Shown here: positions 48,871-59,449 of the stretch, in pieces
How the letters are laid out: every line of letters starts with the position of its first letter
Numbering within the stretch: the stretch's first letter is position 1
Assembly: GCF_016432865.1 (NCBI RefSeq)
Contig: NC_067400.1
Location: forward strand, 615,970,001 to 616,034,000
DNA length: 64,000 nt
Reading direction: 5' to 3'
Source: Antechinus flavipes
Lineage: Eukaryota
Position numbers and translations under genes: made by a program
The notes under the pieces: generated by a model
The model's input: the letters and a program-made list of their open reading frames with translations, nothing else
Told to the model about the DNA's origin: nothing
Database searches by the model: none

Positions 48871-49690
48871 AGAATTTCCATTCAAAAATCCTAAAATCTG
48901 GTTGATTGGTTGGTTTTAATTATCTGTTTCTTAAGATTTCTTTTTCTTGGAGGCAGTTGGGATTAAGTGTCTTGCCCCATGGTACCACAGCTACTTAAGT
49001 GTCTGAGATTAGATTTGAACTCAGGTCCTCCTGACTGCAGGGTGGGTACTCTATCTACTGTATCATATAAGTGTACCTAAAATTTCTTAAAATGAAGGCA
49101 ACATGTGGCATATAGAGCACAGGACTTGGAATCTGAGGTCAAATTTTCAAATTTATTTACTAGCTATGTGATCTTGAGGAAGTCTCTAAAACTCTCTGTA
49201 CCTCAGTTTCCTCATCTGAAAAATATGAATAATATTAGCATCTATTTCCCAGGGTTGTTGTGAGGATCAAATGAGGTAATATTTGTAAAATGCTTCACAA
49301 ATTTTCAAGTGCTTAATGAATTCTAGATATTAACATTAAGCAGTTATCCAATCTACGAGTGAAGTCTTTCGGTGAGGTCTCACTACATACAACCATTTTA
49401 CGTTTGGCTAATTTTCCTTGTTAAATGCTTCTTTCCATCTTTCCTTCCCCCAGCCCCCAACATTGCTAATACTTAAACAAAGTTAATCACGCCTCCATGG
49501 GACAGATCTTCAAATATTTGACAGCAGCTATCATGTGCTCCCTGAGTCTTCCCTCCTCCAGGACAAACTTCCTCTGCTTTTTCCTCTAGTCCTCGCAGAG
49601 CATCTTTCAGTTCTGGGCATTTTCTTTTTCTGTCCTTCATTCCTGGAACTATCTCCTTCCTCTACTTTGACTATGGACCTCCTTGGCATC

Positions 49691-51217
49691 TGTAATGGGC
49701 TGAGGCTTGAGTTGATGCACTGAGGTCCCAAGCACATGAGGCTAAATAGTAATTGGACCATACTCTATTAATAGATAAGCTTGGAGAGAGAATGGCCCCC
49801 ACCCACTCTTTGTGCAAGTCCTGATGTGTTGTATAGGAAATGACGATTTTGGTGGGTGGAGGCAGGGGAGTGGAGAAGGAAAGGGAGGAGAGACTTTTTG
49901 GGACGGCCATTGCCACGGTTGGCTCAGCTCACTTTTTCTGTTTTGTTAAGTGTCTGAGGCTGGATTTGAACTCAGGTCCTCTTGACTTCAAGGCTAGTGC
50001 TCTATCCACTGAGCCATCTCCTCCCCTTCCAGATAGGCTAACTGCTTGGGGGAGAGGGTTTGCTTGTATCTCTACAGGTGGAGAAGGAATCAGATGGGTG
50101 CCAACGAGCCGTATTCGCCTTGTCCACCGCAGAGAGATGGAGCAGACCCTTGAAACGAAGGAGAAGACCCAAGAAACATCGGGTGGTTCTGTTGCTGATT
50201 GTGCTCACCATTGAAAGAGTGTGGCAGTTATGACGTTTGACTCATGGACATAGAAAATCATTGGACTTCAAAACCCTCAGAAATCATTGGATTCTCTGAG
50301 ACATAAGATTGTTGTAGGACTTTAAAGCCCTCAGGAATCATTGGATTTTCTGAGAAATGATAAGACTGTTACAGGACTTCAAAATCTGCTGGAATCATTG
50401 GCTTCCCTAAGACATAAAAAGACTTTTGCTGGACTTCAAAAACTTGGGGGGATCATTGGATTCCCTGATATGTGAAGCAATGGACAATAGACTGGTTTTG
50501 GACTATCTCTTGGCTGCTGAAGAGGTGTATGTGTGACTGCTGTTTACATACTCTCCTTCTAGGACTTCTGGCAATCTTTTACATCATACTGTTGATTTAT
50601 GTTGTTTGTTATACCGTTACTTGGGTGCATAATTCATGTTTGTTACACCACATCAAGCCTGCACTGACTGTGGGGAGAGTCATCACTAATAGTCTCTGCG
50701 TTGTTGCTATGTGCTATGTGTTCCCATGCTGATGGTTTGTGCATAATAAGACCCTTGAGCCCAGAAACCTGCTAGCAACCCCCACTTCCCTTTGGTGCTT
50801 TTCATCTCCCTTCCTGAGATGTCAGGGAGGGCGTGATTATCTCCTTTTTAGTGCTTTCACCTCCCTTCCTGAGAAGTCAGGGAGGTCGTGATCACTTCCT
50901 TTTCGGTGCTTTCACCTCCTTTCCTGAGAAATCAGGGAGGGTGTGATCACCTCCCCTTGGGGGCTCTGACCTCCCTGAAGAGTCAGGGATGGCATGATCA
51001 CCTGTGTTCTAAAACAAAAGAAAGCGGGAGATGTAATGGGCTGAGGCTTGAGTTGATGCACTGAGGTCCCAAGCACATGAGGCTAAATAGTAATTGGACC
51101 ATACTCTATTAATAGATAAGCTTGGAGAGAGAATGGCCCCCACCCACTCTTTGTGCAAGTCCTGATGTGTTGTATAGGAAATGACGATTTTGGTGGGTGG
51201 AGGCAGGGGAGTGGAGA
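49691..51217 (+). mobile_element. Non-coding LTR retroelement (ERV derivative) with identical 186-bp LTR segments
   Basis: TGTAATGGGCTGAGG... at 49691-49876 and 51032-51217 is identical. A polypurine tract AAAACAAAAGAAAGCGGGAGA precedes the 3' copy. Internal ~52-bp (50255-50470) and ~55-bp (50793-51000) tandem repeats; GCATC on both flanks (49686-49690, 51218-51222). Confidence 0.88.
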
Positions 51218-51309
51218 GCATCCGACTAAAATCCCACCTTCTACAGGAAGCTTTCCCCAATCCCTCTTAATTCCAGTGCCTTTCCTTCTTTCCTCTTACT
51301 TATGCTGAA

Positions 51310-51800
51310 TTTAAAGGGATATTGTAGGTATTTAGAGAGTGTGAGCACTTGCCAAGCCTTTTTTCAGGACTGCTGGTCTACCTTTGGTGTCCACCTGGCC
51401 TTCGACTCTCACCTATGGCTCCAAGAAATTGTAGCATGTACAGCAAACCACACCCCAGTAAACTGTCTTGGCAGATGGGCTAAGCTAGGTTGAGGGTAAC
51501 CAGCAATTTAGGGAGATGTCAGCCCCGAGTATGTGAGGACTCCCTCTGGTGCAATGGATGATGAGAACAATTTGAAGGGGCTATGAAATGCTTAGCGCTT
51601 GGTCACTGATGATACCAAGGTCATCCACTGCATCCTGAATCATCACCAGCCAGTCTAAGTTTGTCCTGCCACTGGACTTTGATGGAAGAGAGAGTGAGAC
51701 TGATGACTTTGTGCAGTTGTGTCTCATTTAAATCCAATTCGTACACAGGTTAAGACATCGCTTATGATGACACCGGTCCTCTCCAGAAATGAAGGATGAC
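51310..51800. mobile_element. RTE-derived marsupial SINE/LINE fragment
   Basis: Recognised by resemblance (gtcatccactgcatcc..., gatgactttgtgcag...); approximate ends. Confidence 0.5.
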
Positions 51801-52234
51801 CACTACAGCATTTTATATTTAGCTTGTTTTGTATTTATTTGTTTGCATGTTGTGTCCCTCATTGGATTGTAAACTTCTTAAGGGCAGGAATTGTCTTTTC
51901 CCCTTTTTTGTATCCTTGAGCCTTGGTACGTGGCACATAGTAGGCACTTAATTAATGTTTATTGATTTACTATTGATTGTATGGGAGCAAAATCCAAATC
52001 ACAAATGGGCAATGGAAAGCTCCAGGCTTCTCACACTTTGTATCTCCCATATCCATCCCACTCCCACAACACCATGTAGTCTTCATTTCAGGTGGCACTG
52101 GTCTCTTGCTGTTCATCACACAAGGCACTCCATCTTCCTCCTCCCCATATTCTCATTACTGGAAACAGTCTGATTACTATATTCATCTAGAGTTTGCCTT
52201 CTCTCCATTTCCCCTTCCTTTTTTTCAAGACACA

Positions 52235-52686
52235 GGAGACAATAATTAGGTATCTAAAAGCTTTATTAATATTCAAGCCAAAGTAGAGAAACCAATCACC
52301 AAAGAGTTCCTTCTAAATGTTTCAGTCACAGAGCACTGGAATAATTTCCAGGATATCCCACAAGTCACTTTATAGGAAGAAGATAATATTTCTGGCTAGG
52401 GGTAACTCCAAGATCCAGCGGGGAGGGGCCCAGGTAGTCAAGGATAGTATCACTTCTGAGAAGGCAAATGAACCTGGTCATGGAGGAGTTTCCCAGAAGG
52501 AGTAGGGACCCAACCCGGGCATCCAAAGGATAGAAAGGGAAGAAGGAATCCTGAGACATGTGTGGTGTTGTACAGTTATAAGTTGGGTAGAGCTCCCATC
52601 CAAAAGAAAGGCAAGGAGACTTCTTAACACCATCTGAAAGCTAAAGATGCCTGAGGAAACTTTCCCTTTATGCCCAAAGTCTGTCA
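52235..52686 (-). mobile_element. Possible old solo LTR
   Basis: Minus strand begins TGACAG..., has AATAAA at 52267-52262 near its end; no coding; family not identified. Confidence 0.3.
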
Positions 52687-53402
52687 CCTTGTCTTATTCA
52701 TCTGGAGAAAGAAAAACCCTCAAGGTTACTCTCATTTGAAAGGATTCTGGGAATAGGACTCCCCCCTGCACCTGCTGTCATGACCATCACCATTTTATCA
52801 CCCTGGGGAAGGGAGCAGAAAGCAGAGAAGTTCAAAATCATCATTACTTGAAGGAGATTTTAAATCACAGAGTATCAGGGCTGGGAGGAACCTTAAAATA
52901 AGGAATATCAGAACTGGGAGAGGCCTGAGAACAGAAGATATGCAAACGGGGACATCTTCTAAGATCTACCCCGTCCAATCTCTTCATTTCATGGATGTTG
53001 CTGCCCAAGGTGTGGAAGAAACTTGCTCAAAGTCTTAACTCCCAGTCCAGGTCTCTCCAAGGTCCTTATCTCTTAAGAGGGATGTGAAACAGCAGCCAGA
53101 CCTCCCCCTCCTGGTTTCCTCAGCTCTCTCGAGAGGGTCACAGATCACAGATCTTCAGCTGGAAGGGTCCTCAGGGGCCGCTCAGTCCAGGTGAGGAGAC
53201 CAGACTCTGAGAAGGGTCTTGCCCAACGTCATACATTTAAGAATGGCAGAGCCAAGTTTTAGCCTAAGACCAAATCCAATATTGACTCCACTGTATCTAT
53301 TGGACTTCCATGCTCTTGGGGGAAGGGGCTTCAGGGCCCCACCAACAAGGAACTCTAAAAAGAAATGCCACACCCAAGGGATAGCTATAATCCGCCAGAG
53401 CC

Positions 53403-53408
53403 TTTATT
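53403..53408 (-). terminator. AATAAA overlapping the stop codon of the IGFL-like gene
   Basis: AGA AAA TAA AGG reads AATAAA across the TAA. Confidence 0.45.
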
Positions 53409-54666
53409 TTCTTATATACATGTCGCAGTCCTCCCTCTCTGTCTTCTTCTTATTCTTCAGGATGACAAAGAACTTCTCATGGTCAAAGCAGCAACGCTGA
53501 GTATCTCTGTTGAAGATGAAGTAGCCGCTCCAGGACCTCTCAGGACTGGGATCCCAGCCACAGCACTGATGGGTTTGGGGGTTGTAAGTCATACTTCCAC
53601 AAACTCTCCACTTTTGGATGACCCACATAAACTTAAGGTCTGTGAGAGATAAAGGAGAGTCTTGTCAGCTCTCAGCTGGATCCAGAACTTCTAGTCTCCT
53701 CCTTCCCCTTTAGATTTTTCTAACTCTTCTCTCCCTTAAATCACCATGGAATAGAGAATGACAGAGCTGGGAAGGCCTTTAGAAACCATCTAGTTTGGTC
53801 CAGTCATTACACAAGTGGAGAAACTGAGGCACAAAGTCACTATGGATCCTGGTCCCTGGCCATCACTTCCCGCCATGACCCCAAACTCCTTACCACTAAT
53901 ATCACAGACCTTTGTCCTTGGAACTTCCCATAAGAGTCTCATTCTGAGGATCAGTCAGCTGTCCCTCTAAGAAAGATGAGAACAAGAGGCATCCAGCTAG
54001 AAGGGAAAGAGAGAGGAGTAAGTGCCAGGGAACGAGAGAGATCAGGGTTGGTTGTATCTCCGTTTTGTTGGAAGGAGCTCCTAGTAATTAAAAAGCAATT
54101 GTCTTACAATGCATACTAAGGAAAATGGACTGGATGAGGAGGTAATAAGACAGTCACTGAGATAATGTGGCTCTAGCAATTTTGCTGCTCTATTAACTAG
54201 GAGTCTTGCCTCTTTCTGTTCACCCTTAGGTGGCGTTACTTCTGCCCATAATGTTTGGGATCAACTTTCTACTAACTTGATTATAAAGTACTCTTCTTGG
54301 AACTAGTAATTCTTGATCTTTCCAAATGTCAGGATGGAGATGGGGCGGGGAGAGATGAAGAAGAGGGAGAGAAGTTAGATGGGGAGCGAGGAGGGAGACA
54401 AAAAAAGAGAGAGATCGACAGAGACAGAGACACACACACAGAGATACACAGAAAAATAGACAGGCAGAAAGAGAGAGAGAAAGATACAGAGAGAAAGAGA
54501 GAGACAGAGACAGACAGACAGACAGACAGACAGAAAAAGAGACAAACAGACAGGAACAGGGAAACAAACACACAGAGAAAGAGAGAGACAGAGACAGAGA
54601 GATATACACAGAGAGATATACAGAAAATAGGCAGAAATAGAGAGAGAAAGACACAGAGTGAGAGAT

Positions 54667-54703
<37 letters not shown>

Positions 54704-56059
54704 CAGAGAGATATACAGAAAATAGACAGGCAGAAAGAGAGAGAAAGACACAGAGAAAAAGAGAGAGACAGAGACAGAGAGGTACACACAGAGAGATATA
54801 CAGAAAATAGACAGGCAGAAAGAGAGAGAGACAGACAGAGAGAGAGAGACAGACAAACAGAAATAGGGAGACACACACACATAGAAAGAGAGACAGAGAC
54901 AGAGACACGCACAGAGAGATATACAGAAAATAGACAGGCAGAAANNNNNNNNNNNNNNNNNNNNNNNNNNNNNNNNNNNNNNNNNNNNNNNNNNNNNNNN
55001 NNNNNNNNNNNNNNNNNNNNNNNNNNNNNNNNNNNNNNNNNNNNNNNNNNNNNNNNNNNNNNNNNNNNNNNNNNNNNNNNNNNNNNNNNNNNNNNNNNNN
55101 NNNNNNNNNNNNNNNNNNNNNNNNNNNNNNNNNNNNNNNNNNNNNNNNNNNNNNNNNNNNNNNNNNNNNNNNNNNNNNNNNAGGTGTGTGGTGCCATACA
55201 CCTTCCTCTTTTCTACAAGAAGATAAGAAGAAGGATGCTCTCAGGGAGGTTAGCAGTGGCAGTGAACATAGAAAGTTCAGAGGTGCAGTGAGGTCCTTCC
55301 TCCTCCTTCTCCTCCTGCCCCCAGCCTGTCCCAATAACTTTCTTCACTGAATTGTATCAGTAATACGAGGCTCAGCTTCTCCAAAGATCATAAAGGATCT
55401 CAAGGACCACATAGTTCAATCCTCTCCTTTTATAGATGAGGCAGCTGAAACTCAAAGAGGCTTGGCCAAGGCCGTATTGGTCGTGTGCAGCAGATCTGAG
55501 ATTCATAAGTTCATAGAATCACAGCCTTCAAGCCAGAAGAGAACTCAGGGGTCAGCTCAGCAACTTCTCACTTTTACCAATATGGAAGCTGATGCCTTTA
55601 GAAGCTAAGGATGTGTCCCAGCTCAAGGAGAACCTTTGGCTCTCAACCCAGCATTCTTTCCAGCACCAGCTTCCTCCTGCCTAGCCCCCCACAGCCCTGC
55701 CTCTTGAGCCCCAAGCCCCAGAACCACCCAGAGACTTGCCTTCTGCTTTTCTCTTCCAAATGCTGCCCCACCCTGCCCCTGTGGAAAGTACCACAAGCAA
55801 ACACCAGAAAGTCATTTTCTCCTGCACATCCCCTTCATCCAGATCCCCAAGACCCCAAGTAAGACATTCTGGATGCCCCAGTGAACTGCAAAATGGATCA
55901 TGTTTCCCACTACCTAACACCTCCCCAAGCCATCTGGAAGTAGCTAAAGAACCATGCTGCCCCCGTATCCCAGACTCCCTTAATTTGCCAAGACCGAGGA
56001 AGCCCAGGTGTAGGGCCCCACCGGCCAGGTTTACCCAGGAAGATGAATTGAAGAGCCAT
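53404..56059 (-). CDS. IGF-like family (IGFL)-type secreted Cys-rich protein, 115 aa; coding exons 56059-56035, 53996-53910, 53639-53404
   Basis: 25+87+236 = 348 nt, phases 1/1. Translation: MALQFIFLAGCLLFSSFLEGQLTDPQNETLMGSSKDKDLKFMWVIQKWRVCGSMTYNPQTHQCCGWDPSPERSWSGYFIFNRDTQRCCFDHEKFFVILKNKKKTEREDCDMYIRK. It has a signal peptide, CGxxxYNPxxxxCC, a second CC, FFVILK and a terminal C. Strong acceptors: ctctctttcccttctag and ctcctttatctctcacag. The exon-2 donor AAG|GTCTGT is weak. Confidence 0.7.
54385..54944. repeat. (GA)n/(GACA)n complex repeat with ~60-bp higher-order units, in intron 1 of the IGFL-like gene
   Basis: Recurring GAGACAGAGAGATATACAGAAAATAGACAGGCAGAAAGAGAGAG; runs into an N-gap. 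Confidence 0.92.
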
Positions 56060-56149
56060 GGAACTGGAAAGAAACTCCACTTCAGACTGTAGACACCTTG
56101 GGTTTGGGACCAGGTCTCAGCATTCTGCCCTCATCACCTTGAGCAATAC

Positions 56150-56157
56150 TTTTTATA
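56150..56157 (-). promoter_or_regulatory. TATA box of the IGFL-like gene
   Basis: CTATAAAAAG on the minus strand, ~98 nt upstream of the ATG (ttccATGG). Confidence 0.65.
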
Positions 56158-58167
56158 GCTTTCACTTTCCTCTGGGAAATGATGTAATTCTATCTACAAC
56201 CTGATGTAATTTTTAATCCCAAATATGGGTCAATGAAAGCTACTTACACAGTTAGAATATTTTTAGAAGGAGGAGTAGGGAAGGTTATCAATGATCTACT
56301 AACTGGCCTATCTCATGGCTTTTCCTTAAGTCTTTTCCTTCCTGATCACTAGAATATCCAACACTATTGACCATTCCCTCCTCAAAGACCCCCTCCTCCC
56401 TTTCTCTCTTGGTTTTGCTTGACCCTTTCCCCTGGTTTTCCTCCCACCCAATCTGGCCACACCTGCTCATTCCTTTGGAATGTCTATTGGAACACCATTT
56501 CTGATCCCCTAATTATAGGTGGACCTCAGAGTCCTGTTACTTTCTCAGTGATTTTATCACTTCTGTTCAGAAGACTCCTAGACATTTATACCCAGCCACA
56601 ATCTCTATTCTCTTTTGGAAATGTCCAAGGAATGTCTTGTAGGCATCTCACACTCAACATGTCTAGAAAAATAATTTAATATCTTTTCCCAAAAAACCCT
56701 CTACCCTCCCCCTAATTTCTCCATTTCTGTTGAGAGTATCATGATTTTTTCAGTCACTTCTGTTCATAAACTCAGAATAATCCTTGACTCCTTCTGCTCT
56801 CAACATCTAATCAGTTGGCAAACTTGACAATTCCTCCTCCACTATATATCTTGCAACTATCCCCTTGATTTCATTCACTCCACAACAAGCCAAGTTCAGG
56901 CCTTAATTATAGCCTAGGCTATTTCAATAGTTTTCTCATTCCGATCCATCTGTCTTACAGCTTCTGCCTTGATATTTCTAAAGATCAGATCTATGTCACT
57001 CTCTAGTTCAAGAACCTTTCTTTAATAGCCCCCATCTTGCCTCAAGAATGAAATAAAAATTCTTTTTCTTTTAATCCCTTTCTCATTCTAGCTCCAGTTA
57101 TCCTTCCACGGACCTCATGTTCCAACCAAACTGACTTACTTACTGCTCTCCATACATATTTCATTTCCTACCTCCATGCCTTTAATGATATGTGAGTAAA
57201 CTTGGAATAAGGAATATTGCCAAGAAAATGAATAATCAGAAAATGAAGTAGATGCGTCATATGTCGAGTGAAAAATGTCAAGTGGAAAGACAAAGTGCTT
57301 TGTAAATACCAATAGAATTTAGAGGAAAGTCATTATGTTGGGTGGATGTTCTTCGGAGGATCTTTGGAAGACCGTGGACAAGAGCCTTACAGCATTAGAA
57401 AGCATGGCTAGATTAAGAACCACACTACAATGATGACATTTTTAATACCTTACTATATTCAAGTACACTCAGGACAGGACCACGCTACTCTCTCTGGCTA
57501 GGGCTTGACACACAATTGTGTGGGAGATGTATGAATGTATTTAGGATGTGCAAAACTTGGGAATGTTCCTGAATAGATGGTGGTTTAGAAACTCACTTCC
57601 ATTCATTCAGTCCCACTGACATTTAGACTTCTACTCCTTGAGGGTGAACTGATTCATTTGCTTGTTTACCAAGCTAAAACAGGCAGATAAGTCATTGCCT
57701 TTTCTGAATGGCTCCAAAGTCTGAAATAGATACTGTTCAAAGACTAATCATTACTTTTGGGAGCCAAGAACTAGAAGTAACATGTAGGAATGGATGTCAC
57801 CAAGAAAATCCTTATGTTTGGTCTTCCAGTAAAAGAATTAGATGTTATGATCTCATCACCATGGATACTTGCCCAACACAATGGTGCAAGCCATTTATGA
57901 CTTCCCAAACAAGGCGATACCCATCCATGGCCTCTCGTGGGCATTTTTCTAGATATTTATGTTTTACATGGATGCCCTATTTTTATTGTTTCTCTTCATA
58001 TATGAGCCCCACCACCTCCAAAAGCAACAATAACTAGCCATGTGGATATATTTAGTAGTGCTTTTTAAATAGTTTTGTCCCTCCCATTAGAATGTAAAAT
58101 TTTTTGTTCCAGCCACTCTGGAAAGTGATTTGAGACTATGGCCAAGAAATCATTCAACTTAACATAA

Positions 58168-58525
58168 GTTTTTTATTATAGCTTTTTATTTACCAAATAT
58201 ATGCATGGATAATTTTTCAGCATTGACAATTGCAAAATCTTTTGTTCCGATTTCCCCCCTCCTTCCCCTCATTCCCTCCCCCAGATGGCAGGTTGACCAA
58301 TACATGTTAACTATACATAGCGTATAAGTTAAATACAATATATGTATACATGTCCATACAGTTATTTTGCTGTACAAAAAGAATCGGACTTTGAAATAGT
58401 ATACTATTAGCCTGTGAAGGAAATCAAAAATGCACGTGGACAAAAATAGAGGGATTGGGAATTCTATGTAGTGGTTCATAGTCATTTTCCAGAGTTCCTT
58501 CACTGCGTGTAGCTGGTTCAATTCA
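58168..58525 (-). mobile_element. L1 3'UTR fragment nested in an older L1
   Basis: Antisense L1 3'UTR (ccctccccagatggcaggttgacc...), flanked by older sense L1 sequence. Confidence 0.7.
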
Positions 58526-59449
58526 TTACTCTAAGCATAACTTTTGACCCAATGATACTGTTCCTAAATCTATACCCCAAAAAGATCAAAAGAAGACGAA
58601 AAGGACCCATATATATAAAACATTTACAGCATCTCTTTTGGTGAGAGCACAGAATTAGAAACTGAGAGAATACCCATCAATTGGAGACTGACTGAACAAG
58701 TTGTAGTGTGATAGTGATGGAATACTACTGGGCTATAAGAAATGAGGAAGGGGTTGCTCTCAGAGGAACCTTGAAAAGCTTGTTTGAAGTGATGCAAAGT
58801 GAAGTGAGCAGAACAAGCAGAATAATGTAGAGAATCACAACAATATTGTAAAGATATTCATCCTTGAAAGACTGATTTTACACAGTAATGATTAATTACA
58901 CAGGGCTCAAGATGAAACATGTTACCCACTTCTAACTAGAGAGCAGATAAAATTTATAGTGCAGATTAGAACAGATTTTTTCTTTTTTCTTTTTTTTTTC
59001 TTCTCGATATGATTAATGCAAGAGTTTCTTTTACAGGACTATACATGTTTGTTATGAGTTTTGTATTATTGTAATCTTCTCAATGGATGGGGTAGTAGGA
59101 AAAAAGTGAAGGGAGAAGGAGAGGGAAAAGACAAAAGGAAATTAAAAGATTTACAGACAGAGACACACAGAGATTTAGGACCTGAAAATAAAATAAAATT
59201 TAATTTAAAATGAATATAAGCTATTTAGAAGTGGGGATCATTTTGTTTTTTCAATTTGTATCCCCAGAGATTAGTACAATGACTGGTGCATAATAGGGAT
59301 CCTGTCAATGCTTTTTAATCAATTGCCTGATTTATCCAACAAAGTCCTATTTCAGGGCATCTTCTTCATGTAGATGTGACTAAACTTATAAAGAAGCGTT
59401 GCCTAGACCTTGATAAGGAATGAGAGAGAACCAAGACTTATTTCTAGAC

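Noticed and set aside
54108-54114. Alternative tiny first exon ATG CAT T|gtaag for the IGFL-like gene
   Set aside because: It is in phase but yields a poor signal peptide. The 56059-56035 exon has a TATA box, Kozak G+4 and a much better hydrophobic core.
32211-55334. ORFs containing long X runs and the SLSLCL/ERERQT ORFs
   Set aside because: Artefacts of N-gaps and GA/CT simple repeats.
57708-58037. 109-aa ATG ORF with several Cys (MAPKSEIDT...)
   Set aside because: No signal peptide, no recognisable Cys pattern and no supporting splice or promoter signals.
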